Virus record (IMG/VR): IMGVR_UViG_3300025141_015556
Reading direction: 5' to 3' (one strand)
From: a virus
DNA: 64,000 nt
Shown: one piece after another, positions 27,523 to 36,837 of the stretch
Numbering within the stretch: position 1 is the stretch's first letter
Layout of the letters: every line of letters starts with the position of its first letter
The notes under the pieces: generated by a model
Told to the model about the DNA's origin: nothing
What the model saw: only the letters and a program-made list of their open reading frames with translations
Databases searched by the model: none
Program-made: the position numbers and the translations under genes

Positions 27523-30500
27523 CTAGTAGTCCCTCTTTTTAGAGATTTTTTTTATACGAGCACTTTCTCCTGTTATAAAAGGTTGGCTAATGCTGACCAC
27601 CGGCAAGGAAGAATCCCCACTGGTCTGAGAAGGCTTACTAATGGCGGGCCCCGCCGGATCATGCATGCTCTGGGCCGGGGGGGGCGCCGGATCATGCATG
27701 CTCTGGGCGGGGATGGCCATCTCTGGTAGTGTCTGTGTTTCTAACATTTCTCTCTCTCCCGCCGCAACATTCTTATACTGCGCAGTTGCATCTATCTTAA
27801 TTAGCTCTACTAAAGAGAAATAATCGTATGGCCAATTATAACTATATTTAGAATCATTGTTTGAAGGAACCGCGAATAGATTAGATGTAAGGTCTTTCTT
27901 GATAAGTCTAGTATAATCTTTTGCGCAACGTTTTTTAGCTTTAAATACTAACCACTCAAGGGTGTCGGAACAATTATATATATCATGTATAAGTTCGTCA
28001 TCCTCAATCGTACATCCTGATATTTGTTGTGCGGGGTCGATTGCACACTCCATATCATGATTATTGACCCTACTGGGCAAGAAGTTTTGCCACAATTGTG
28101 CCACTTCTTCTTTGGTAAAGTCCATAGTAAATTCAAAATCATAAAACAATATTGGATCAACATCATTTAACAAATAATCAAATTTTGGTGGCAAAATATA
28201 TTTGTTTAGTATATAAGAAGCTCTTCTTTCTTCCGGTGTGCTCGTCTTTAGTCTATAGAATTGTCGGCGCCCCTTCACCACTGTGAATGGTACTACTATT
28301 ACTGCCTCGCTAAGAGTCAATTTATCTTTTATTTTACCAATCGCCTTTGGCTTGCCCTCTTCAAACCCGACTAATTTTGCCAAAGACTTGGGATTTCTGA
28401 CGCTCAGTGCGAGAACGTTTGCTGGGGTGGAAATTTCAGCAAAAATTCCTGCCTTAGAGTCGGTTATTAATGCGCCCTCTTGATGCCACATGCCTTTAGA
28501 AATAATTCCACTATCACTAGTTAAATTAGTTGGGTCTGCGGGGGCTACCGTGGCAGCATTCGCAAAATTAAGTACCGGTGTTTCAAATTTGCTTTGAATA
28601 AGCCATGCGGGTTGCTCTTCGCCAGTTTCCGAATTAAATACGGGTACCCTCTGCTTAAGATTAAAACTCTCGGATACTTGCTGTGCAAAATAATACCCAA
28701 TAGCGTCGGTGTAGTAGCCCGCTTCCATGCTTCTATCATACACTTGTTCTAGATTTGTAAATATATCTTCTAGATCTGCCTTCCCTGTAAACGATGGAGT
28801 ATAAACAAAATTTACTGTACCAGTGCCATTAAAATATGCCGGCGTGTGGGGAGCAAAGCTACACGAATGTCCGGTTTCCGAGTCACCGATCGGGATCTCG
28901 GCGAGCTGGTCGCCGCGATCTAGAACAAAGGGCGGCCCAAAGGCGCTTCCCCGCTCATACATTTCGAAACTGCTTCTATCGACATAATCATAGCTGGTCG
29001 CGTGCACATCGCTCTGCGTACCTACTGGATCTAAGGTTCTATACAAAGTGAGAGTCATCGCATATTTATCGCCTTGAGTAACCCCCTCACCACTGGGATC
29101 AAAATCATTTTCTCCTACCGATTGAAAAGTGGTTAAATTTTGATTTTGCATGAAGAACTCAGTGACGCCGCATAACCAATTATCAATAGCAAGTTCATAA
29201 ATCTTGCTTCCAAGGCCGTTCCATATGGTTCCATTGTGAAGATAAGATCCGGCCGCGGCACGAACATTAATACTGTTGCCAGATAAACTAGCCGATCTTA
29301 ATCCACAATCATAAATTTTTCCTAATTCGGAACCACTAATTGCCTCGGCTTTTAGATGTTCTCTAGGTCTGTATAATGCTTCAAATGAAATTCTTTGAAA
29401 ATCGTATGCGTTTTGCGACGCATTTTTATTGCTGTTGCCGCTTAAAACTGAATTGTTGCCATATTGAAATTTGCCCTCTGGTAAATCTAATCCAACGGCC
29501 GAATCGACCGCCTGGCCGCAGTTCGCTATATCCGGCTGTGTACTGGGCTCAGAGGCGGTGCAATACGTTACAAAACTGCCAACTGCAATGCCAGATTTAA
29601 TGGTATTGTATAAGATTCCTGGTCCAAAAAGAGGATTCAACATTGCTCTAAATGCGGCCGGGTAATTGCCTGAAACATTATCGCCGTATGATTTTGAAAA
29701 CAGAGTCGCTAATTCTAAAGTTCTTTCAACTGGGTAAAATCCCTTATATGGCAAAAATTGCTTGATCGCAGATGCTTCCAAGCGCAATTTGTGTCGTTTA
29801 ATTGCAGTATTTTCTGTTGAATTTTTTTCAGCGCCGGGGCCCCGCCATTGCCGTCCATTTACATCTCCATCAATAACACTAAAATATTTAAAGAACTCGG
29901 CAGTCCCATAATGTTTATAAAAATTCTTCTCCGAACTGCTCGACAGAGCCGAGCCAGTCAAGTCAAATACATCATCATAATCGGTAAGCCAGTTTTCTTG
30001 GGCTGTGTCAACATAGTCCTCAATGTGTTCACTAATTCTAAATTCAGGAACTATTGTGTGGTCCTTACCAATAAGGCGCAAATATTGACAATAATCTTCA
30101 TATGTTCTATAAGGCGCTCTACCACTTGAAGTAAGATTCCAAGCAGAATCTCCCCCTACAACAGTATTTTCGCCGCGGCTGCCGTTATAACCAACTGGTA
30201 TTCGACTAGCATATACCGCACTAGCGGTTATATCAAGATTGCCAGATAACCCGTACCAAGCGCTATTAGATTGTAATTCGCCGGCCCCATCTTTTATTCC
30301 TAATGAAGGAGGGGTGGTTCTAAAATTGGCATGGCCATCTAGAGGCCAAATACTAGCGCTATCAAGCGAATCCTTAATCGTTGGATGACCCATGGCGGTA
30401 GTTAGAGTGGTGGTAGTTCTGTTTATTCTAAGATCATCCCAAATATTGTCGATAAGATATTGTGTTCTCGCTCGTGTTGTATTTTGATATACATTAACCT

Positions 30501-33500
30501 CGCGAGGATAAATTCTTTCTTTATATTCTATTGCCGAATTGTTTGAAATCAAAGTTTTGTTTTTAAACCACTGATATGCAGGACTCAGTTTAATGTCTTT
30601 ATGTAGATTTAGCCTATTGTTCAAACTTTCATTAGAAAAATAATCTAAGTTGTTCGCCCATGAGACACGCACATCGACGCCATTATATAAAAATAACACA
30701 GGATGATATCTTGACATGATTGGCTGCTCGGTGTATCGATAGGCCGCATTGCCCTGTAGAGAGCGTACTGGAACCACTGTTGTTCCATGTTGATGGCTAA
30801 ATATTCTAGGGTTGGATCTCACCGATAAAATGTTTCTTTCTCTTTGATATCGCGCGATAGGATGCTCCCCTGTTCTAATTCGTTTCCACATGGGATATTG
30901 ATATGGTCCATTGCGATGAAGCATTAGTGCATTAAAATTACTTGCAATGTTGTCAAATCTCACGAAAGCGGTTGCACCAGCATGGGTTGTCGGCCTCAGC
31001 GCGACCATGACATTGTTATTGGCAACCTCGGCCGCGTTATATCCCAACATATTGCCAGATGGATCTGCAGAACAGCTTATGGGCTCGTATACAATCAGGT
31101 TTAAGCCGACAAAATCGCGCGCGATACCCGGCATCGACTCGTCGGAGATCTCATGCGGCGCAATACCAGACGCACTCATAAGTGGCATGCTCGTAGGAAG
31201 ACCAGCGCTTAATTCGGTGTATCCGAATAAAACAGCGCTAGCGGTCAAAGAAGAGGTAACCCAATGATATTGCCTTGCCGATTGTGGTATCGGATGTTGA
31301 ATCCAACCGTTATCTTGAACTGAGGCGGTTATAACATCGTTTGTGAGTGCGTCATAATATGTTAGTGGATCATTAGTAAACTCTAATCGAAGTTTTGTGT
31401 TACGTTGAATCTTGTGGTATGAAGGATTAGATGATACATCCGGATGGGGATGGGCTTTAGTGCCGCGGCCATATAAATCATCCGGAGTGGGCGTAAATAC
31501 CGGATCGCCGCCAAAGCGCGTTGAATGAAGACTAAGTAGCGTTCTAAGCCCTCTCCAGTGGTTCCCTTGATCTTGTGCCTCCATGGCGGTCCATGTTTCC
31601 TCTGAACCGCTAGTCATACTAAATCCAATTAATCCTCTAACAGATAGATTTCTATAATTCAAGTTGTTATAGACGCTAAATTCTTCATGAGGCGGATCCA
31701 AATATCCCCTTGATTGTACTTCAGGCGCCGCGGGCGATATAAATCTATTAACTATGATCGTTTTATTAGAATCGCTTCCCGTTCTTTCCGGTAGTTCATA
31801 ATTTAAAGCACCACTGACATTCGATGCAGCAACCCTGCCGCTGGTGCCCGCTTCAATAAGATTATTTCCTGTAAGAGGGAATCTGCCCCTTGTGGCCGTT
31901 GTTTCAGGGTTGATGGCAAAATCAAATGATTGATCCTGCCAAAATGGATCGTTTGAAGTTCTTCCGCAAGATTGTATAATTTCATAATTATGTGTATAGT
32001 TGCCTAAAACACTAGAACCGGTAGTGGATTGAATATTTTTAATATTAACCGGCCTCTTTGCCATCACTTCTCGATATCTATTTCCTTTCGGGCGGTCATA
32101 CCTATATGGCGGCCTGTTTGGCTGAAGATCGCCACGTCGGGTGGTTGTGTCAATATCATCGACTTCAGGATATCGAGGGCCCACAATGCCCAAAGCGCCA
32201 GTCGTCGTCCAATCCGGTCTGGGACGCAGATCGAAATCAATGCCACAGAGAATTTTAAACCCTTCTGGCCTATCATCAGGAGAATCTAAATTATTGGGCC
32301 CACTTTTATCTGAATCATATTTGTTTAATTCAACGTGCCTGTATTCCCTACCGCCTACCCAATGAGAAGTGAAGGGACTTTGTATCGGGGCTTCATAAAA
32401 TTCTCCATATGTATCGCTATGTAAATTGGTGACCATAACGCCTGAAGCAAAATTGTGAGCAATCTCGTGGTTATAACCGGTTTCCACAGACGAGCTATAT
32501 AAACTAAATGGAGCAATATTATTACCATCTGCGGTCAAATAATCATCATCTCCGGGTCGATTAATTTTTGCGTTCAGCTTAAACCCTAGACGCTGTTTCC
32601 TGTCCGGGTATACTACGTCAAGGGTCGGACGGAGTTGCTCGACTTCATCACCAAACGCCAACGCTATATTAGCAGGAATGTTGAAGCTCGGGTCAAGATC
32701 CATCAACGGGCCATCCGGGTGAGTTACAGAAAAAATAATATCTTTTCTTTTGCTCGTGTGATAATTCACTCCATGAATAACTGGCATTTCAGAAATAGAA
32801 AGCCTAAAAATGCTAGTTTGTTCTCGCCTGAAGCCGCCGGAAACTGCCGGGTACACGCCTTCGTCTGTACTGTTTCGCAGGATCTCTCGATATTTGTTAA
32901 TTGTTGTTACGCCACCAAAACATGTATCAGTCCTTATTGCACTGTCTTTCCACCAATCGTAGTTTGCTTTTTGCAAATCGGTGCAATCAACACTACTTAC
33001 AGATTTGCCTAATTCGTCAGCTATTTCTTCCGCGACAGGCGCATGTTTAAAAAGCCACCCGCCCATGCGATCCTGGTCTGTCGGTATTATTCTGCCGGTT
33101 GGGGCCGCGGCATCGGCCATCGCGGCACCCCCAGCGGCGGGCGCTAGCGTCAATGGCAACCATGCCTGAGCCATGCCTGCCGCAAGAGGATCTGGATCTT
33201 TAAAATCAGACATGGGGGCTTTGAATTGATATTTGTTTCTTTCTAAAACATGGCTTTCAATCATTGTATGAACTGATTCCGCCACATCTGCAGACGCCGG
33301 AACTAGTTGCTGCAGCATAATTGATAAAGAACTATCGAACCATTTATAAAACTCATAGAACTTATCAAAATCGATTGTGTCGTTCTGGACACGTTCAAAA
33401 AACTTTTGGCGTGCGTGCGCCATCAATTTATAATCTTGTCGACGTTTATTGACCGGCTGACCAATTAAATTATGAATATCATGAATTGTGGCAAAATAAT

Positions 33501-36500
33501 TCATTATTTCTTCTGAGATACTTTGATACAAGCTTTTTTCAAACGCGAAAGAATAATTTACTGGTCGAGTGCCCCTTATAAAAATATCTCTTTCGGTCCC
33601 GTCATAAACCGTAATCATATCTTCTGATTGTAGGCTCTCCGGTAAATTTTGTCTAGAAATGCTAATGAATTCTTTATCTATGGCTTTTGTATCATCGGCA
33701 GCAAAACCATATCCTAGGCCCGGGTGCTTCCTGTTCAATATTGGGCCAAGCCAACCAAATTTGCTTGAACCAGGGCTCAGATCTGTACCCAGATTTGGGG
33801 CTCCATACATGTCGGTGGCCAGTGAGGGCTCGCCACCAACATAAGAACCAGAAGAAGCATCAACTACGGTAAATTCGCCATCGGCGTTGGAGCCGGTATT
33901 TTGATTAAAATCCCAATTTAATATTAAAGTATCTTGGGATAGAACCTCGCCAAAAGATGCAGACGGCAAGAATGGAAAAGCATTTTCATTTGTTCTATAG
34001 GTTCCGAAATCAAGAATATTTTTAGCATGCGCTCTTTGGGCCTTTTCATTTATATCATCGAGCCATACTCTTAGCGATCCCACCTTTACATCAGAATTGT
34101 GTATCAGACTGCCAGTAAAATTATTTCTATGAGCTCCAACAAAAAATCTTCGGGAGCCGGTTAAAAAGAGGGCGCCCGATAGGGGTGCTTGGGGTATCAC
34201 CGCCGCGAGGCGGCTTGCGGCGGCCATATCATAAGCGTTCCCGCTAACAGAAAACTCATTTACAATGACGCCGCCTTCCATATTAATGCCGCGGAATTCT
34301 ACAATGTAGTCATTTCCTTTGGTTCCGTTGGTAAAGCCGAGGGCGCCAGTTACAAGACCAACATAAGGATATTTTTCAGGCCGAACTCTTACAACGAAAT
34401 TCCAATTACTATTATCGTATACATCTGTAAACAATGAACTTGTTAATTCATTAACTTCCGTGGTCTCGTTTAGAGGAAGAAATGAAAGGCCATCGGCGGC
34501 GGTTCCAGATCTGATTAATTTAAATTTGGCGTCAGCGCTCCCTAACTCGTCTCGACATGCCACTACTTGGAAATTTCCCGCATCCTGTATAGCGAATGTT
34601 GAATCCCAATGTTGATGTGAGGAACTGTGCACCCCAAAGATAGAAGCTGTTAAAAATTCTTTGTTTATAAAATGTTTTGAAATCCTATCTAACTTTGGTG
34701 GAAAAACAACATTAGCCTCAACAGTAAAGGCAAACCCGCTGGTTAAATTTGTGCTCCCGCTTATATAACTTGAAGATTGAAATACAGTCGCCTCAACAGA
34801 GCTTGATCTATTAAAATCAACAAACCTTTTTGGTATAACTCGACTTGTCGCATTGTTTTGGAGTTCATATTCAATATTGTTAGCATACATATTAAACTTG
34901 ATGAGCTCCTCATCAACACCAAAACAACGAATTAGATTTCTAAAAGACTTTTCAGTGCCTTTAGATTTATAAATAAATGATAAATTATTATAGATGTTTT
35001 GATAAATTGTATTTTTAACATCAACCAACGATTTTTCGTATAGTCTCTCCTCCGAGCGATCCGCCAATTTTTCTATTATATCCGCATCAAGAAATATTTC
35101 CGGCGAGATTAAACCCGCAGATTCTAAAAGCCTATTTGCAAAAGTTAAAGGTTTATTGGTGCCGCTGGGGTATTGCACATCTTTTAGTTTATTTAGGGCC
35201 TCAATTTGAAGATGCAGGGAATCTAAATAGCTGCCCATTATCTGCGTTAATTTATGCAAATTTTTGGAACCCTCTTGGTCCTCTTCGGTAACCCAAGTCG
35301 GCATCGTATTATAAAGAGCCGCATTGTTGTTGACATCGTGATATGACCCAGAACCTTGTAGTTCGTTAGCCAGAGTTATAACGTCTGGATGAAACGAATA
35401 GATGATTGGATCTAAAAACTCTTTTATAGCAGCAGAGGCTGAAACTATTGCCGACCCTGTGTTTCTAGAGTTGGAAGTGTATCCGGTCCAGGAGCCGTTT
35501 GTTACTCTTCCAGAAAAGTCTAGCACCGTATTATCAACAGAGCTTGTCCCAGTAATTCCTTCGTTGAATTTATAATAGACACCCAGCGTAGTATTGGCCA
35601 AGTTTAATGAAGAGCTATTTCCAGGAATGGGGTCTGAATTTGTGCCCCCTCCGACTTGATCGATCCAATGGCGCCCAATGTCTTTAGAACTTCTTTGGGT
35701 TTTCCAGTACCTGAATTCATCCAAAGAAGCAGACAGTTTGCCAGAGCCGGCTTCGCCCCAAGAAGCCAAACGAGCCCCTCCAGAGGGAGCCGTCACCAGG
35801 GCCCCAATTCTTGCTTGCATGGAACCAGTAATATTTTCAACTGGCGCTGAAGAACTAAATACCGCTTCGTTGTTTAATACACCATCAACATAAAATCTGC
35901 TTATCGTGCCCTGGACGAGAGCGGTCGTAGAGGCTGATAGAAAAGAGAATGCATAGTGGTGCCAATTACCATCGGCTATGGAGGCGCTCGTGAACGCTTG
36001 TCTTGCGCCGCCGCTCACCGGTACAGTACCAGTAAGCGGATTGGCCCATTGAAATCCACTAGTGCCCGATACAAGAGTTACTGTAAACCCTCCGTCAGTA
36101 TTCCCCAACACATCTGGTGCATGCGATGCGGTTAATTCAATTCTAAACCTTCCATAGCCTGTGCTGCCGGAGTGTTCGCCGTTCCAAAGATCAAAAATTA
36201 CTTCTTTTTTAGTTACTTGCGCGTCACCTAGAGTATTAAAATCTAGAAATCGATCTTTTTTCAACCAAAATTCTACCGTTACGCCTTTGTCTGCAATGTC
36301 CAAAGCAAGATTGTCAGTACGATTGCTTGCGGTATGATAGTAATTTGAGCCCGTAAACTGTATGGAATAATCTCCCATCCCATTTGGATTGGTGTGGGGT
36401 CCTCCATAAAAAGAAATATATTCTTCGGTAGTTGGTAGGCCATATCCTTCAGAGGTCATCGAGCCGTTTAAGACGCCCCACCCATCCGCAGAAAGAGTTG

Positions 36501-36834
36501 CATATCCGTTCGTGCGAGGATATCTATTTTCATATAAGTAAAGATCAACATAAGAGGAACTATTTTCCCACTCTAAACGTTCTTTTAACGAGCCGTCATA
36601 TGGATAAGTTTTATATATTCTTTTTATTGCTTGATCATAGTATTCTTCTGCAGATCCATATTTTGCAAAATTAGCAGGGTCTGAAAAGTCTATGGTGGGA
36701 ATAAATCGATTGTCTTTGATGACGTCTTGTTCGTGATAACCAACAGATTCTACTTCTTCGGCTATTTGGTCGGCGCTAACATCGGCTAGCACCTTTGCTT
36801 TTTGCATTTGGTCAAAAAGTTCACGTAATGACAT
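27523..36834 (-). CDS. Giant baseplate wedge-like (gp7-like) protein with LamG/concanavalin A-like domains
   Basis: LamG motifs TVEFWLKK, DGNWHHYAFSF, FYVDG, LDEFRYW and YYKFNEG. The segment IYKSKGTEKSFRNLIRCFG resembles gp7/tail-I wedge proteins. Located two genes from gp6. Confidence 0.7.
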   Translation of the reverse strand: MSLRELFDQMQKAKVLADVSADQIAEEVESVGYHEQDVIKDNRFIPTIDFSDPANFAKYGSAEEYYDQAIKRIYKTYPYDGSLKERLEWENSSSYVDLYLYENRYPRTNGYATLSADGWGVLNGSMTSEGYGLPTTEEYISFYGGPHTNPNGMGDYSIQFTGSNYYHTASNRTDNLALDIADKGVTVEFWLKKDRFLDFNTLGDAQVTKKEVIFDLWNGEHSGSTGYGRFRIELTASHAPDVLGNTDGGFTVTLVSGTSGFQWANPLTGTVPVSGGARQAFTSASIADGNWHHYAFSFLSASTTALVQGTISRFYVDGVLNNEAVFSSSAPVENITGSMQARIGALVTAPSGGARLASWGEAGSGKLSASLDEFRYWKTQRSSKDIGRHWIDQVGGGTNSDPIPGNSSSLNLANTTLGVYYKFNEGITGTSSVDNTVLDFSGRVTNGSWTGYTSNSRNTGSAIVSASAAIKEFLDPIIYSFHPDVITLANELQGSGSYHDVNNNAALYNTMPTWVTEEDQEGSKNLHKLTQIMGSYLDSLHLQIEALNKLKDVQYPSGTNKPLTFANRLLESAGLISPEIFLDADIIEKLADRSEERLYEKSLVDVKNTIYQNIYNNLSFIYKSKGTEKSFRNLIRCFGVDEELIKFNMYANNIEYELQNNATSRVIPKRFVDFNRSSSVEATVFQSSSYISGSTNLTSGFAFTVEANVVFPPKLDRISKHFINKEFLTASIFGVHSSSHQHWDSTFAIQDAGNFQVVACRDELGSADAKFKLIRSGTAADGLSFLPLNETTEVNELTSSLFTDVYDNSNWNFVVRVRPEKYPYVGLVTGALGFTNGTKGNDYIVEFRGINMEGGVIVNEFSVSGNAYDMAAASRLAAVIPQAPLSGALFLTGSRRFFVGAHRNNFTGSLIHNSDVKVGSLRVWLDDINEKAQRAHAKNILDFGTYRTNENAFPFLPSASFGEVLSQDTLILNWDFNQNTGSNADGEFTVVDASSGSYVGGEPSLATDMYGAPNLGTDLSPGSSKFGWLGPILNRKHPGLGYGFAADDTKAIDKEFISISRQNLPESLQSEDMITVYDGTERDIFIRGTRPVNYSFAFEKSLYQSISEEIMNYFATIHDIHNLIGQPVNKRRQDYKLMAHARQKFFERVQNDTIDFDKFYEFYKWFDSSLSIMLQQLVPASADVAESVHTMIESHVLERNKYQFKAPMSDFKDPDPLAAGMAQAWLPLTLAPAAGGAAMADAAAPTGRIIPTDQDRMGGWLFKHAPVAEEIADELGKSVSSVDCTDLQKANYDWWKDSAIRTDTCFGGVTTINKYREILRNSTDEGVYPAVSGGFRREQTSIFRLSISEMPVIHGVNYHTSKRKDIIFSVTHPDGPLMDLDPSFNIPANIALAFGDEVEQLRPTLDVVYPDRKQRLGFKLNAKINRPGDDDYLTADGNNIAPFSLYSSSVETGYNHEIAHNFASGVMVTNLHSDTYGEFYEAPIQSPFTSHWVGGREYRHVELNKYDSDKSGPNNLDSPDDRPEGFKILCGIDFDLRPRPDWTTTGALGIVGPRYPEVDDIDTTTRRGDLQPNRPPYRYDRPKGNRYREVMAKRPVNIKNIQSTTGSSVLGNYTHNYEIIQSCGRTSNDPFWQDQSFDFAINPETTATRGRFPLTGNNLIEAGTSGRVAASNVSGALNYELPERTGSDSNKTIIVNRFISPAAPEVQSRGYLDPPHEEFSVYNNLNYRNLSVRGLIGFSMTSGSEETWTAMEAQDQGNHWRGLRTLLSLHSTRFGGDPVFTPTPDDLYGRGTKAHPHPDVSSNPSYHKIQRNTKLRLEFTNDPLTYYDALTNDVITASVQDNGWIQHPIPQSARQYHWVTSSLTASAVLFGYTELSAGLPTSMPLMSASGIAPHEISDESMPGIARDFVGLNLIVYEPISCSADPSGNMLGYNAAEVANNNVMVALRPTTHAGATAFVRFDNIASNFNALMLHRNGPYQYPMWKRIRTGEHPIARYQRERNILSVRSNPRIFSHQHGTTVVPVRSLQGNAAYRYTEQPIMSRYHPVLFLYNGVDVRVSWANNLDYFSNESLNNRLNLHKDIKLSPAYQWFKNKTLISNNSAIEYKERIYPREVNVYQNTTRARTQYLIDNIWDDLRINRTTTTLTTAMGHPTIKDSLDSASIWPLDGHANFRTTPPSLGIKDGAGELQSNSAWYGLSGNLDITASAVYASRIPVGYNGSRGENTVVGGDSAWNLTSSGRAPYRTYEDYCQYLRLIGKDHTIVPEFRISEHIEDYVDTAQENWLTDYDDVFDLTGSALSSSSEKNFYKHYGTAEFFKYFSVIDGDVNGRQWRGPGAEKNSTENTAIKRHKLRLEASAIKQFLPYKGFYPVERTLELATLFSKSYGDNVSGNYPAAFRAMLNPLFGPGILYNTIKSGIAVGSFVTYCTASEPSTQPDIANCGQAVDSAVGLDLPEGKFQYGNNSVLSGNSNKNASQNAYDFQRISFEALYRPREHLKAEAISGSELGKIYDCGLRSASLSGNSINVRAAAGSYLHNGTIWNGLGSKIYELAIDNWLCGVTEFFMQNQNLTTFQSVGENDFDPSGEGVTQGDKYAMTLTLYRTLDPVGTQSDVHATSYDYVDRSSFEMYERGSAFGPPFVLDRGDQLAEIPIGDSETGHSCSFAPHTPAYFNGTGTVNFVYTPSFTGKADLEDIFTNLEQVYDRSMEAGYYTDAIGYYFAQQVSESFNLKQRVPVFNSETGEEQPAWLIQSKFETPVLNFANAATVAPADPTNLTSDSGIISKGMWHQEGALITDSKAGIFAEISTPANVLALSVRNPKSLAKLVGFEEGKPKAIGKIKDKLTLSEAVIVVPFTVVKGRRQFYRLKTSTPEERRASYILNKYILPPKFDYLLNDVDPILFYDFEFTMDFTKEEVAQLWQNFLPSRVNNHDMECAIDPAQQISGCTIEDDELIHDIYNCSDTLEWLVFKAKKRCAKDYTRLIKKDLTSNLFAVPSNNDSKYSYNWPYDYFSLVELIKIDATAQYKNVAAGEREMLETQTLPEMAIPAQSMHDPAPPPAQSMHDPAGPAISKPSQTSGDSSLPVVSISQPFITGESARIKKISKKRDY
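27652..27708. repeat. Direct repeat, 24 bp identical with 33-bp period (PAQSMHDPA x2)
   Basis: cgccggatcatgcatgctctgggc at 27652-27675 and 27685-27708, separated by a G8 run. Confidence 0.9.
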
Positions 36835-36837
36835 TTT

